A stretch of 64,000 bases of DNA, taken from the NCBI GenBank assembly GCA_036311565.1, contig JAXJPR010000041.1:187-64186 (forward strand), written 5' to 3'. Each line of letters begins with the position of its first letter. Position 1 is the stretch's first letter. Shown here piece by piece: positions 1-9,627 of this stretch. This DNA comes from Lachnospiraceae bacterium (GTDB taxonomy: Bacteria; Bacillota; Clostridia; Lachnospirales; Lachnospiraceae). Made by a program: the position numbers and the translations under genes. The notes under the pieces were generated by a model. That model had not been told where the DNA came from, searched no databases, and saw only the letters and a list, made by a program, of their open reading frames with translations.

Positions 1-10
1 GTATTTATAT

Positions 11-91
11 AAAAAATCCCGCAGATTGAACCGATCTTCCAATCGTTAGATTTTAGGTCTAACTTTTGGTGTTGGTTCAGAAGCGGGATTT
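11..91 (-). terminator. Compound hairpin plus T-run downstream of the CPBP protease gene
   Basis: AAATCCCGC (14-22) pairs with GCGGGATTT (83-91). Inner helices are TGAACC/GGTTCA and GTTAGA/TCTAAC. On the minus strand the structure is followed by TTTTTT (complement of 11-16). Confidence 0.5.
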
Positions 92-100
92 TTGCAGTAC

Positions 101-1024
101 CTATTTAAAAATTTCCATTAATATGCACATAATAAGACAAATAATAACAAAAGCATATAAGCCGATACTGCCCAATTTATAATTTGGACGTTCCCGATAA
201 ACGGATAGATCCTTCCAGCAACAGATTTCTTTCCAATTACCATTGATGCGGGCAATCTTAGAATAAATAAGAAAAGCCAGCAGGCAGCCGATGATTGCAA
301 TTGGAACCATTGAAGCAATGGAACTTAGAAGCTGTTGGGAAGTATACGATGTTTGTGAAAGTGTATTCTTAAGTTCTGGAAACAGAACAAGGACTTTTTG
401 CTGAACGAATACTATACTTACTGAAGTTGCATTAAAGGTAAAATGCATGATAATTGGAGGAATTAAACTTCCAGATGCTTCCAATAAAAGTGTCATAAAA
501 ATTCCAAGGACAAAGGCATAGGAAAACTGATTAAAGTTTAAGTGCATCAATCCAAAGCAAAGGGATGAAAGCAAAATGGCTTTTATCGGACGCTGGTTCC
601 GGTATTGCCCATAGATAAGTCCGCGGAAGGTAAATTCTTCGATACAGGCAGGTAAAAATGCCATCGTGATAATCGAATACAAAAGGCCGGTTTGTGCGAC
701 AGTCTGATTTACTACGCTGTCAATCATATTGTGTGAAAAAAGCATGCTGATTTGATTGACGATGGAAACCAATGGCCAGAGACAATAGGTAAATAAAATG
801 GTCAGTAAAATTGTACTTGGACGGAATTTCTTAATCTTCACAGAGGATAGAATCGGCTGTCTGGTCATAATCAAATAAAGAATTCCGAGTATGACCGGGA
901 GAATCTGTACGATGCGGGATAATAATTTATATGAAATAAAAAATCCTCCCAACTGAGACAGAGATAAATATAAAATTAAATAAATAATTAAAAAAGAATT
1001 AATTTTATGTGGGTTTTTCTTCAT
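101..1024 (-). CDS. CPBP family intramembrane glutamic endopeptidase (CAAX protease/Abi family)
   Basis: 307-aa polytopic membrane ORF with the three CPBP motifs: EEFTFRG (EExxxR), FGLMH (FxxxH) and HFTFN (HxxxN). Confidence 0.85.
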   Translation of the reverse strand: MKKNPHKINSFLIIYLILYLSLSQLGGFFISYKLLSRIVQILPVILGILYLIMTRQPILSSVKIKKFRPSTILLTILFTYCLWPLVSIVNQISMLFSHNMIDSVVNQTVAQTGLLYSIITMAFLPACIEEFTFRGLIYGQYRNQRPIKAILLSSLCFGLMHLNFNQFSYAFVLGIFMTLLLEASGSLIPPIIMHFTFNATSVSIVFVQQKVLVLFPELKNTLSQTSYTSQQLLSSIASMVPIAIIGCLLAFLIYSKIARINGNWKEICCWKDLSVYRERPNYKLGSIGLYAFVIICLIMCILMEIFK

Positions 1025-1080
1025 AAGACTTCTCCTTGTTTTTTATAAGAAAAAGGCTATTCGATTGAATAGCCTTATCT

Positions 1081-1668
1081 TTACATTTTTTTCTGGACGA
1101 GAAGATTCAGCCATTTTTGATTGTCGCTTTTTCTGCGGACATCTTCTGTTGTCCATATATCTTTTATTTCGAATTCTGGAAATTTTTCCATGATTTTTTT
1201 CAATTCTTTTTTCTTGTATTCTGCAAAATAGCGCTGATTAATAATGCCCTCAAAATCTCCTTTGTGAACGGACATATAAAATACACCGCCAGGATTTAAG
1301 GCTTTAGAAATTTTTTTGATGATACCTGGCAGTTCATCCTTTTCTAAATGAACCAAAGAAGCGCATGCCCAGATACCGTCAAAGACCTCTTCAAAATCTA
1401 AATCTTCATATTGCATATGTAGCACATCTAAATCGGTATGGATGCTTGCTAAAGAGCACATCTCTTCGGAACCATCCAAAGCAGTAACATCATATCCCAT
1501 ATCCAGAAATGTCAGACTGTCTCTTCCAGAGCCGCATCCCAGATCCAGGATAGAAGCACCTTCTTCTAAATAAGAAGTAAAAGGTTCAATCAAATGTGAT
1601 ACATTCAGGTTTACAGTATTTTCAAAATAAATGCTTGCGTATTGATTATAATACTCATTCGAGTCCAA
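1081..1668 (-). CDS. Class I SAM-dependent methyltransferase
   Basis: 195-aa ORF with SAM-binding motif I, ILDLGCGSGRDS, followed by an acidic loop (ALDGS). Confidence 0.8.
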   Translation of the reverse strand: MDSNEYYNQYASIYFENTVNLNVSHLIEPFTSYLEEGASILDLGCGSGRDSLTFLDMGYDVTALDGSEEMCSLASIHTDLDVLHMQYEDLDFEEVFDGIWACASLVHLEKDELPGIIKKISKALNPGGVFYMSVHKGDFEGIINQRYFAEYKKKELKKIMEKFPEFEIKDIWTTEDVRRKSDNQKWLNLLVQKKM

Positions 1669-1791
1669 AGTAGAACTCCTCCTTTAAAAATAAATCTAGC
1701 TTTGTGTTTGTTAAACGATTGTCAAGTTCATAAGTATTTTTATTATATCATATATTATGCAGAAAACAATAAAAATAAAGGGAATGAATTC

Positions 1792-2628
1792 TTAAATTTT
1801 ACGAATTCCCCGAGGGGTAATCTGAATCCGTCCTTGTTTTAATAAACGTCCAACTGCACGCTTAAAGGCATTTTTGCTAAGACCTAATTCTCTTTGAATG
1901 ACTGCAGGATTTGCTTTATCTGTAAATGGAAGTACTCCGTCATAGCTTTCGATAGTTTCCATAATTAATTCACAATCGGCATCCATCTGAAGATAGGCCT
2001 TTTCGCGGAGACTTAAATCCAATTTTCCATCTTCTCTGACGCGAACAACGCGTGCTGTAATCTCATCACCAATGTAGACCTTTTTATGAAGATCTTTGAT
2101 TGGAATCATACCGTGATATTTATTTTCCACGGCAACAAAAGCACCTAAATTTTCATTCATATCATAAATTTTTCCGGTAACATGGTCATCTTTTTGATAA
2201 GGGCTGTCAGAAGAAAGCATGTTATATACCTTCATAGAGGCGCAAAGGCGTTCACTCTTGTCAATATATAAAGTTACCAGATATTTTTTGCCTTCCCTTA
2301 CTGTCTGTGTCTGTTCTTTGAATGGAAGGAACAGATCTTTTTCCAGACCCCAGTCCATAAATGCGCCAATGGAAGACAATGAAACGACTTCTAATTCAGC
2401 CATTTCTCCTAAAGTAAGTTTTGGGGTATTTGTTGTGGCAATCAAGCGATCTTCAGAATCTTTATAAACAAAAACTTCAATAGCATCGCCAGTACGCATT
2501 TGACTTGGCACCTGTTTTTTCGGAAGCAGGATGCTGTTTTCACGGTTCCCTGGTTCATCATTTAAGTATACGCCGAAAGAAGCGCGTTTAACCATATATA
2601 GTGTTTGAATTTTACCTAATTCGATCAT
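1792..2628 (-). CDS. cvfB: S1-like RNA-binding protein, CvfB/YitL family
   Basis: 278 aa with repeated S1-like OB segments and a C-terminal winged-helix-like tail (AFKRAVGRLLKQGRI). Length and architecture are typical of CvfB. Confidence 0.75.
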   Translation of the reverse strand: MIELGKIQTLYMVKRASFGVYLNDEPGNRENSILLPKKQVPSQMRTGDAIEVFVYKDSEDRLIATTNTPKLTLGEMAELEVVSLSSIGAFMDWGLEKDLFLPFKEQTQTVREGKKYLVTLYIDKSERLCASMKVYNMLSSDSPYQKDDHVTGKIYDMNENLGAFVAVENKYHGMIPIKDLHKKVYIGDEITARVVRVREDGKLDLSLREKAYLQMDADCELIMETIESYDGVLPFTDKANPAVIQRELGLSKNAFKRAVGRLLKQGRIQITPRGIRKI

Positions 2629-2636
2629 TTTAACTC

Positions 2637-3350
2637 CTATTCTTTCTCTTTAAATTCAACAATAACATAAGGAATCCCTTTATCATTGCACAGCTGTATG
2701 GTACAGGTGCGGTCCTTCTGGGTAATCCTTGGATAAATCATATCATGAAGAACTGCGGAATGTTTGTATTCTGCACGGACCTGATGAATCGAAAATCCTT
2801 CTGGCAGAAGCTCTTCCGCAAGATCAATATATTGTGCATTATTTACATGATGGTTGGTGTCTATGTGGGTCTTCATAATCTGGAAAGGGTCTGATTCTTT
2901 AAATTCCTTTGGTGCACGGATCTTACGTGGAGCATAGTCCATAAGAATGCATGGATCACTTCCATAAGCTTCTACTTCTTCGGGATCAATTTTTACTGGA
3001 GCCAGAGTCTGGGTATCTGTATAGACCCAGATGGAATTTGCATATGCAATCCGTTTGCCAGTAGAATCCTGTATATCGAAATTACGATAGCCGTAGATGC
3101 CTTTCCAGTCATAAGCCCATGTGCCTATGGAAATTTCTTCTCCAAAAGCTGGATAGCGGTCTGCAATGATTTGCCATCCCAGTAGCAGCCATGCCCGTTG
3201 TTTCTTTTCTAAAGCGTGGAATCCGCAGCCGATATCTTCTGATTGAAAGGTAGAACAGTCTTGAAAATATTTTACGATCTGTGCCATATTTACCTTTTGA
3301 TCAGCACCAATTTCGCTGTAGCGGACACGTTGATGAATTCTATATTCCAT
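2637..3350 (-). CDS. Acyl-[acyl-carrier-protein] thioesterase
   Basis: 237 aa. The N-terminus (VRYSEIGADQKVNMAQIVKYFQDCSTFQSEDIG) and double hot-dog length match bacterial FatA/B-like acyl-ACP thioesterases. Confidence 0.75.
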   Translation of the reverse strand: MEYRIHQRVRYSEIGADQKVNMAQIVKYFQDCSTFQSEDIGCGFHALEKKQRAWLLLGWQIIADRYPAFGEEISIGTWAYDWKGIYGYRNFDIQDSTGKRIAYANSIWVYTDTQTLAPVKIDPEEVEAYGSDPCILMDYAPRKIRAPKEFKESDPFQIMKTHIDTNHHVNNAQYIDLAEELLPEGFSIHQVRAEYKHSAVLHDMIYPRITQKDRTCTIQLCNDKGIPYVIVEFKEKE

Positions 3351-3568
3351 AACTTTTGTACCAGCCTTTCTTTGATACTTATTTATTTTCAGATACTTTT
3401 ATTGTACAAATCCATAAGGCTGTACTAATCTAAGCTATTATAAACTATTGCGAGAGTTTTTTCCAGCCTAAAACTAATACTTTTTCCCACGGATTTTTGC
3501 TGGTTTTTGGTCATTGATTGTTGTATGATGGGAAAAAGATGAAATATGTAAAGAAAGGATGATTTGTT

Positions 3569-4225
3569 ATGCATTCATTTGCGGATTTATTAGCCATTAC
3601 CAAACGACTCCGGGCAGATGATGGATGCCCATGGGATAAAGTGCAGACTCATGAAAGTTTAAGAGGATGCATGATTGAAGAAGCTTATGAAGTCGTGGAA
3701 GCCATTGACCACAAAGATGATGAGAATTTAAAAGAAGAATTGGGAGATGTATTGCTTCAGGTAACGATGCATTCTGAAATTGCATCAGAAGATGGGCGAT
3801 TTACCATAGAGGATGTGGTAGATGGAATTTCAGAGAAATTAATCCGCCGCCATCCACATGTGTTTGGGAACACAGAAGTAAATTCTGTAGATGGAGTATT
3901 GAAAAACTGGGAAGAAATCAAACAGGCTGAAAAAAAGGAAAAAACGGAGTGGGATGGATTAATAAGAATTCCTACGTCTCTTCCGGCATGTTTGCGGGCA
4001 CAAAAAATTCAGAAAAAAGCCAAAAAAGCAGGATACTTTTTTCCGGAGGATCTTCGTGGAACAATGATCAGGATGCTGGGGGAAGAAGAATTGTCGGAAA
4101 GTCAGATCGGAGAGCTTTTGTTCCTGACAGTATTACTGGCAGAAAAGAGTGGAATTGATGGAGAAAATGCGCTTGCCCAGTATAATAAACGGATAATTGA
4201 GAAAATTTTAAAAGAAAACCAATAA
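3569..4225 (+). CDS. mazG: MazG nucleoside triphosphate pyrophosphohydrolase (YabN-like, MazG domain only)
   Basis: RLRADDGCPWDKVQTHESLRGCMIEEAYEVVEAI and EELGDVLLQV are canonical MazG motifs. Position upstream of hup-yabO-yabP matches the Firmicute synteny. Confidence 0.9.
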   Translation: MHSFADLLAITKRLRADDGCPWDKVQTHESLRGCMIEEAYEVVEAIDHKDDENLKEELGDVLLQVTMHSEIASEDGRFTIEDVVDGISEKLIRRHPHVFGNTEVNSVDGVLKNWEEIKQAEKKEKTEWDGLIRIPTSLPACLRAQKIQKKAKKAGYFFPEDLRGTMIRMLGEEELSESQIGELLFLTVLLAEKSGIDGENALAQYNKRIIEKILKENQ

Positions 4226-4365
4226 ATATATGTTAAAAATTGTGAATTCTTTAAGTTTCCCTTGACTTTTCTACTAAAACCATATATAACAGATAATACA
4301 GGTCAGAAATTGGCTTGTTTGGCGGGTTATCATAAATTATTCGTGTAGTAATTAGGAGGATCATT

Positions 4366-4641
4366 ATGAACAAAACAGAATTAGTTGCAGCAATTGCTGA
4401 AAAAACTGAATTATCTAAAAAAGATGCAGAAAAAGCTTTAAAAGCTTTTACAGATGTAGTAGCAGAAGAATTAACAAAAGGTGGAAAAATCCAGTTAGTT
4501 GGATTTGGTACTTTTGAAGTATCTGAAAGAGCTGCAAGAGAAGGAAGAAATCCTAGAACAGGTGAAGTTATGACAATTCCAGCATCTAAAACACCAAAAT
4601 TTAAAGCTGGTAAAGCATTAAAAGATACTGTAAATCAATAA
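4366..4641 (+). CDS. hup: HU family DNA-binding protein
   Basis: 91 aa: MNKTELV..., GFGTFEVSERAAREGRNPRTGE, KTPKFKAGKALKD. Strong AGGAGG RBS 7 nt upstream. Confidence 0.97.
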   Translation: MNKTELVAAIAEKTELSKKDAEKALKAFTDVVAEELTKGGKIQLVGFGTFEVSERAAREGRNPRTGEVMTIPASKTPKFKAGKALKDTVNQ

Positions 4642-4655
4642 TTTGTACACAGTGG

Positions 4656-4688
4656 AAGCTGTCCAGTTCCTGGGCAGCTTTTTCTTTA
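4656..4688 (+). terminator. Rho-independent terminator of hup
   Basis: AAGCTGTCCAG / CTGGGCAGCTT stem followed by TTTTCTTT. Confidence 0.8.
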
Positions 4689-4756
4689 TTGTAAGGATTT
4701 TCTTACTTTATATAAGGAAAAAACTTATTTTATTATGAAAGATAGGAGAAAAAGGT

Positions 4757-4999
4757 ATGAGACTTGATAAATTTTTAAAAGTATCCCGCTTGATTAAAAG
4801 AAGAACCGTTGCCAATGAAGCTTGTGACGGCGGAAGAGTCATGGTAAATGGAAAAGTGGCAAAAGCCAGTACAAAAGTAAAAGTCGGTGATATGTTAGAA
4901 ATACAGTTTGGTAATAAAACAGTCAAAGCAGAAATTCTTATGATTGCGGATACCACAAAAAAAGAAGAAGCAAAAGAAATGTTTCGTTATCTTCCATAA
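4757..4999 (+). CDS. yabO: S4-domain RNA-binding protein (YabO/RqcP, Hsp15-like)
   Basis: 80 aa. MRLDKFLKVSRLIKRRTVANEACDGGRVMVNGK is a typical S4 motif. Lies immediately upstream of yabP-yabQ-divIC, as in B. subtilis. Confidence 0.9.
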   Translation: MRLDKFLKVSRLIKRRTVANEACDGGRVMVNGKVAKASTKVKVGDMLEIQFGNKTVKAEILMIADTTKKEEAKEMFRYLP

Positions 5000-5070
5000 G
5001 TATTCGAAATTTTATCGAATAAATTGGTCTTGCCTCTAATATATTAGGTTATAGAAATGGAGGGAAGCAT

Positions 5071-5337
5071 ATGGAAGGACATAAAGTGAATCTTTGGAAT
5101 CGAAATAAGGGAACCATTACAGGGGTCAAAGATGTGGTCTCTTTTGATGTGGCTGAAATTATCCTGGAGACAGAACTTGGTATGTTGTCAATTAAAGGAA
5201 ATGATCTTCATGTAAAACGGCTGACAGTAGAAAAAGGTGAAGTAGAAATCGATGGAAGTGTAGACGGATTTCAGTATACGGACCACAAAGAAAAGAATGC
5301 TAATGGAGAAGGCTTATTAAGCCGCTTATTTCGATAA
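5071..5337 (+). CDS. yabP: Sporulation protein YabP
   Basis: 88 aa with the YabP pattern ITGVKDVVSFD...LETELGMLSIKGNDLHV...GEVEIDG. Synteny with yabQ. Confidence 0.9.
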   Translation: MEGHKVNLWNRNKGTITGVKDVVSFDVAEIILETELGMLSIKGNDLHVKRLTVEKGEVEIDGSVDGFQYTDHKEKNANGEGLLSRLFR

Positions 5338-5693
5338 TGGATGGAAGTATATTGATACAGGCAAAAGTATTTTTGCTATCCGTTTTGTATGGAATTTTCA
5401 TTGTCTGTGCTTATGATGGATGGAGAACTTTTTGGCAGGGAAGACAAAAAGTGAAGAAAGAAAATCGGATAACCGATACTGTCTTTTGGTCTTTCGTAGG
5501 TGTAGCATTGTTTCTTTTTGTTGAGTGGGGGAATCAGGGCAATATTCGCGGATATCTGTTTTTAGGTTGGATGATTGGAATTTTGATTTACCAGATGATC
5601 ATCAAAGCCTATTTAAGAAGATTGTGGATTTGGCTGGTCCGTATGTTGAAAAATATCAAAAAAGCAGTTAAAATGACAATAGGAAGAAGGTGA
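5337..5693 (+). CDS. yabQ: Spore cortex biosynthesis protein YabQ
   Basis: 118-aa membrane protein. Its start overlaps the yabP stop (TAATG). Position between yabP and divIC. Confidence 0.85.
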   Translation: MDGSILIQAKVFLLSVLYGIFIVCAYDGWRTFWQGRQKVKKENRITDTVFWSFVGVALFLFVEWGNQGNIRGYLFLGWMIGILIYQMIIKAYLRRLWIWLVRMLKNIKKAVKMTIGRR

Positions 5694-5697
5694 GAAT

Positions 5698-6018
5698 ATG
5701 GCACGAAGGAAAAAAGATAAATACGCAAAATATCGGAGAAATACGAAAGAAAAAAGAAAGCGCAGCCGATTGTTTGCAACAATTGTGCTGGTAATTCTCG
5801 TTGTTATGGTCCTGGTGCAGATTGGAATGTATCAGGAAAAGCAAAAGCTGGAGGCCCAGAAAAAAGAGGTAGAACGCCAGATTTCTGAAGAAGAAGAGCG
5901 AACCAAAGAACTGGAAAAGAAGAAAGAATATATGACAACGGATGAATATATCGAGAAGATTGCAAGAGAAAAATTCGGGCTGTTTTATCCGGACGAATAT
6001 ATTTTAGAAGAAGAATAA
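5698..6018 (+). CDS. divIC: Septum formation initiator (DivIC/FtsB family)
   Basis: Basic N-terminus, a single TM (LFATIVLVILVVMVLV), a coiled coil and the C-terminal EKIAREKFGL motif. Confidence 0.85.
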   Translation: MARRKKDKYAKYRRNTKEKRKRSRLFATIVLVILVVMVLVQIGMYQEKQKLEAQKKEVERQISEEEERTKELEKKKEYMTTDEYIEKIAREKFGLFYPDEYILEEE

Positions 6019-6071
6019 AAAAGTTGTTGACAAGCACCCAATTTATTGCTATAATCATATTCGTTGAGTGC

Positions 6072-6145
6072 GGCGATGTAGCTCAGTTGGCTAGAGCACA
6101 CGGTTCATACCCGTGGTGTCGGCAGTTCGAATCTGCCCGTCGCTA
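6072..6145 (+). tRNA. tRNA-Met (anticodon CAU), elongator-like; Ile2/lysidine identity not excluded
   Basis: Acceptor GGCGATG/CGTCGCT, D-arm GCTCAGTTGGCTAGAGC, anticodon stem CACGG/CCGTG with loop TTCATAC, T-arm GGCAGTTCGAATCTGCC. CCA is not encoded. The same locus carries tRNA-Met in B. subtilis. Confidence 0.9.
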
Positions 6146-6153
6146 CTATCTAT

Positions 6154-6186
6154 GGCGGTATAGGTTTTATCTATACCGTCTTTTTT
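6154..6186 (+). terminator. Rho-independent terminator after tRNA-Met
   Basis: CGGTATAG / CTATACCG stem with loop GTTTTAT, followed by TCTTTTTT. Confidence 0.8.
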
Positions 6187-6302
6187 GGTTTGTACCAGTT
6201 TCTGACAAAATGAGCAGACGAAATTCCCTATAATGGTTCCAGAAGAGTGGACATGTCCGCTTTATGATCCGATAGGAGCTACATTAGGAGGGAGAGAATT
6301 TC

Positions 6303-7649
6303 GTGAGCGGAAGAAAAAAGGAACGGGAATATTTAGAAGAATTAACATATATATTGTCTCATCAATTGGGAAAAATAGAGCATCTGCTTTCCTGGCTGTC
6401 ACATTGTTGTATAGAGGAAGAAATCCAGACGGAGAATTTAAAAAAGGAGAAAGTTGGAATTCTTCTGCAGCATTTGAATAAAATGTATTGCAAACGATGC
6501 TCAAAAAGGGAAATGTGCCAGAAAAAAATTGAAATGGCTATGCTTCAGAAGGGGTTTTTGGAAGAAGAGGACATTCTCTCTTTTCTGACCTGCCATGGAG
6601 GAGAAGATATGATTCGGGAGGCCAACCGGATTTATCAAAGAGGCCTTCAGGAAATCATGTTAGAACAGCAACGACAGGTACATCAAAATTTTTTAGGAAA
6701 GCAATATCGGGCCGCTGCAAAAATAATTCAGGAGTGCAGATCTTGCTGGGATGAGCAAAGTGACAAAGAAGAAGCTTTGGATGACTCTATAAGAAAAAAA
6801 GCAAGATCGTATGGAATCGAGATCTTAAAATGTTTAACAAGAAAAGAAGAAGGTTATTTAGAAATTCTGCTTTGTCTTCGCACGAAAAAAGGAGAAAAGA
6901 CATCCAGGGAGATTGGAAGAATTTTATCAGAAATATATCAGAAAAAAATGAGACCAATGCCCCGATGCCGTTCCATAGCTGGAGATAAATTTATATGGAT
7001 GGAGTTTGTAGAAGAACCAAGGTTTTATGCACTTTCTGGTGCTGTACGGGCGGCAAAGGCGGGAGAAACGCAATGTGGAGAACAATTTGCATTAGAAAAT
7101 ATCCGCGAAGATTGTTTTGTTGCCGCCATTTGTGATGGACTTGGAACAGGACCAGTGGCAGGCAGAGAAAGTAAAAGGGTCATTGAACTTTTGGAAAAAC
7201 TTTTAGAAAGTGACATTGATCCGGAAACTGCACTGGAAATGGTAAAGTCATCCATGCTCTTTTCCACCTGGAATGAGAGATATGTGACATTGGATTATTT
7301 TATGGTGAATTTACATACTGGAATTGGGAAAATATTAAAATTAGGAGCAGCAGAAACATTTATTATTCGTGGGAGAATGATTGAGGTCGTTGAAGGAGAT
7401 TCTCCACCAGTAGGAGTTTTCATGAATTCTGATACTTCATTCATCCGAAAAAAGTTTAATCATGGAGATAAAATTGTAATGGTTTCTGATGGAGTATTGG
7501 ATGAAATAGGTGGAAAAGAAGTGTTTATACAGTTTCTGAAAATGCAGAAAGAAAATTGTCCGCAGCGTTTGTGTGATTTGATCATGGAAAAAATAACAAA
7601 CAGAAAGGATGACTGTACAGTGCTTGCAATTGGCATTTGGAATAAGTAA
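6303..7649 (+). CDS. spoIIE: SpoIIE-family PP2C protein phosphatase (stage II sporulation protein E-like) with no membrane domain
   Basis: The C-terminal half aligns by eye with B. subtilis SpoIIE PP2C motifs (AICDGLGTGPVAGRES; LDYFMVNL...KLGAAETFIIRG; PPVGV; VMVSDGVLD). Syntenic position between tRNA-Met and tilS. GTG start. No hydrophobic segments. Confidence 0.8.
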   Translation: MSGRKKEREYLEELTYILSHQLGKIEHLLSWLSHCCIEEEIQTENLKKEKVGILLQHLNKMYCKRCSKREMCQKKIEMAMLQKGFLEEEDILSFLTCHGGEDMIREANRIYQRGLQEIMLEQQRQVHQNFLGKQYRAAAKIIQECRSCWDEQSDKEEALDDSIRKKARSYGIEILKCLTRKEEGYLEILLCLRTKKGEKTSREIGRILSEIYQKKMRPMPRCRSIAGDKFIWMEFVEEPRFYALSGAVRAAKAGETQCGEQFALENIREDCFVAAICDGLGTGPVAGRESKRVIELLEKLLESDIDPETALEMVKSSMLFSTWNERYVTLDYFMVNLHTGIGKILKLGAAETFIIRGRMIEVVEGDSPPVGVFMNSDTSFIRKKFNHGDKIVMVSDGVLDEIGGKEVFIQFLKMQKENCPQRLCDLIMEKITNRKDDCTVLAIGIWNK

Positions 7650-7658
7650 AATAATACT

Positions 7659-9026
7659 ATGGAAAAGATTATTCATTATATAAAAAAACATAACTTAATA
7701 AACAATGGAGATAAAATTGTGATTGCATTTTCCGGGGGACCAGATTCTGTTTATTTAATGCTGGTCTTATTAAAACTTCGTGATCAAATGGGGCTTTCTC
7801 TGGGAGCGGTCCACATCAATCACCGACTATTAAAAGAAGCACAGGAACAGGCAGAATTTGCACAGGATTTTTGTGCGCAGCATGAAGTGCCGTTTTATTG
7901 TTTTGAAAAAGATATTCACCGATATGCAAAAGAAGAAAAAATTTCTGTGGAAGAAGCAGGCAGAAAATTCAGGTATCAAAAGTTTTATCAAGTAGCGGAT
8001 GAACTGGGGTATGATTCGGTAGCTCTTGCCCATCATCGCAGTGACCTTTCAGAAACGGTAGTATACCGGATGGCGAGAGGAACTGGATGGAAAGGAATGG
8101 CAGGAATTCGTCCGAGACAAAACAGGCTGATTCGTCCGCTTTTGTGTATATCGAAAGAGGAAATCTTAGAGGAACTAAAAAACCAAAAGCAAAGTTATAA
8201 TATAGATCCTTCTAATGCTGAGACTGTATATGCCAGAAATAAGATTCGTCATAACGTTCTTCCGGAACTGAATAAAGTAAATGCCCAGGCATCCGATCAT
8301 ATTGCAGAGCTTGCAGAGCAGATGGAAGAACTTGGGGCCTATATAGAAGGACATTTAAGTCAGGCATGGAAGGATTGTGTATCTGTGGAAAATGGTATTT
8401 GCAGAATTTGTAGGAGTAAATTAAAAGAGTATCATTTATTTATGCAAAAAGAAGTATTAAAAAAAGCTCTTTCAGAAGTTGCAGGAAGTGAGAAGAATCT
8501 GACGAGAAGTCATGTAGAGCATCTGCTGGATTTGCTGGATGCGCAGACGGGCAGGGAGAAGGATTTTCCTTATAAAGTATGGGCCTTGCGGCAATACGAT
8601 GAACTAGTAATCCAAAAAAGACAAGAAACAGTGTCTGGCAAGATCATACTTTCTGGGGAAGGAGATTTTGAAATTCCATTTGCCAGCGGCTGGATGAATG
8701 TAAAAATTTTTCCTAAGAAAGAGGAAGAGTTTTCGCGAAAAATGTATACGAAAACATTTGACTATGATAAAGTTATGAAGAGTGTGGTCGTGCGAACCTG
8801 GAAAAAAGACGATTACTTTGTCATGAACCAGGAGGGACAGAGAAAAAAACTAAATCGGTATTTTATCGATCAGAAAGTTCCCAAAGACCAGAGAGAAAAA
8901 ATTCCGTTGGTAGCTGATGGAAATCATATTTTATGGATTATCGGTGGAAGAATCAGCGGAGAATATAAAGTGACTGAAGATACAAAAAGGGTGTTGCAGT
9001 TAACGTGGACACAAATGGAGGAATGA
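7659..9026 (+). CDS. tilS: tRNA(Ile)-lysidine synthetase
   Basis: PP-loop motif AFSGGPDS, 455 aa, and position upstream of hpt-ftsH. Confidence 0.93.
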   Translation: MEKIIHYIKKHNLINNGDKIVIAFSGGPDSVYLMLVLLKLRDQMGLSLGAVHINHRLLKEAQEQAEFAQDFCAQHEVPFYCFEKDIHRYAKEEKISVEEAGRKFRYQKFYQVADELGYDSVALAHHRSDLSETVVYRMARGTGWKGMAGIRPRQNRLIRPLLCISKEEILEELKNQKQSYNIDPSNAETVYARNKIRHNVLPELNKVNAQASDHIAELAEQMEELGAYIEGHLSQAWKDCVSVENGICRICRSKLKEYHLFMQKEVLKKALSEVAGSEKNLTRSHVEHLLDLLDAQTGREKDFPYKVWALRQYDELVIQKRQETVSGKIILSGEGDFEIPFASGWMNVKIFPKKEEEFSRKMYTKTFDYDKVMKSVVVRTWKKDDYFVMNQEGQRKKLNRYFIDQKVPKDQREKIPLVADGNHILWIIGGRISGEYKVTEDTKRVLQLTWTQMEE

Positions 9027-9029
9027 GTT

Positions 9030-9551
9030 ATGGAACATAAGATCAGCGTATTAATTTCAGAAGAACAAGTAGATGCTAAAATTCGCGAATTAGGAGCACA
9101 AATCAGTAAAGAATATGAAGGAGAAGCCGTTCACTTAGTATGTATTCTTAAGGGAAGTGTATTTATCACTTGTGAACTGGCCAAAAGAATTACTGTTCCG
9201 GTGACGATGGACTTTATGTCAATTTCCAGCTATGGAGACGGAACAAAATCATCTGGAGTCGTAAAATTGTCAAAAGACCTGGACGAAACAATTGAAGGAA
9301 AACATGTCATTGTTATTGAAGATATTATTGACTCTGGTCGTACACTTAGCTATTTATTGCCAGTATTAAGAGAAAGAAAACCAAAAAGCTTAAAGCTGCT
9401 GGCATTTTTGGATAAACCAGAACGAAGAGTAAAAGAGGTTCCAGTGGATTATACTGGTTTTGAAATTCCAGATGAATTCGTAGTTGGATATGGTCTTGAT
9501 TATGCTCAGAAATATAGAAATCTTCCATATGTTGGTATTGTGGAAGTGTAA
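9030..9551 (+). CDS. hpt: Hypoxanthine phosphoribosyltransferase
   Basis: 173 aa. PRPP-binding motif VIVIEDIIDSGRTL and the C-terminal GYGLDYAQKYRNLPYVG. Confidence 0.95.
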   Translation: MEHKISVLISEEQVDAKIRELGAQISKEYEGEAVHLVCILKGSVFITCELAKRITVPVTMDFMSISSYGDGTKSSGVVKLSKDLDETIEGKHVIVIEDIIDSGRTLSYLLPVLRERKPKSLKLLAFLDKPERRVKEVPVDYTGFEIPDEFVVGYGLDYAQKYRNLPYVGIVEV

Positions 9552-9627
9552 AAACTGCATACTATAAATAAACATGACGGCGATGCCCATATGGACATCG
9601 CCATGTCAATGAAAGGAGAGAAGTGAC

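Noticed and set aside
6024-6233. 69-aa ORF covering the tRNA-Met gene.
   Set aside because: It overlaps the tRNA and its terminator and has no RBS. Spurious.
6233-6504. ORFs 6233-6481 (+) and 6262-6504 (-), examined as a possible missing N-terminal or membrane part of SpoIIE.
   Set aside because: Neither is hydrophobic or SpoIIE-like. Both overlap the SpoIIE frame and have no RBS. They do not rescue a membrane domain.
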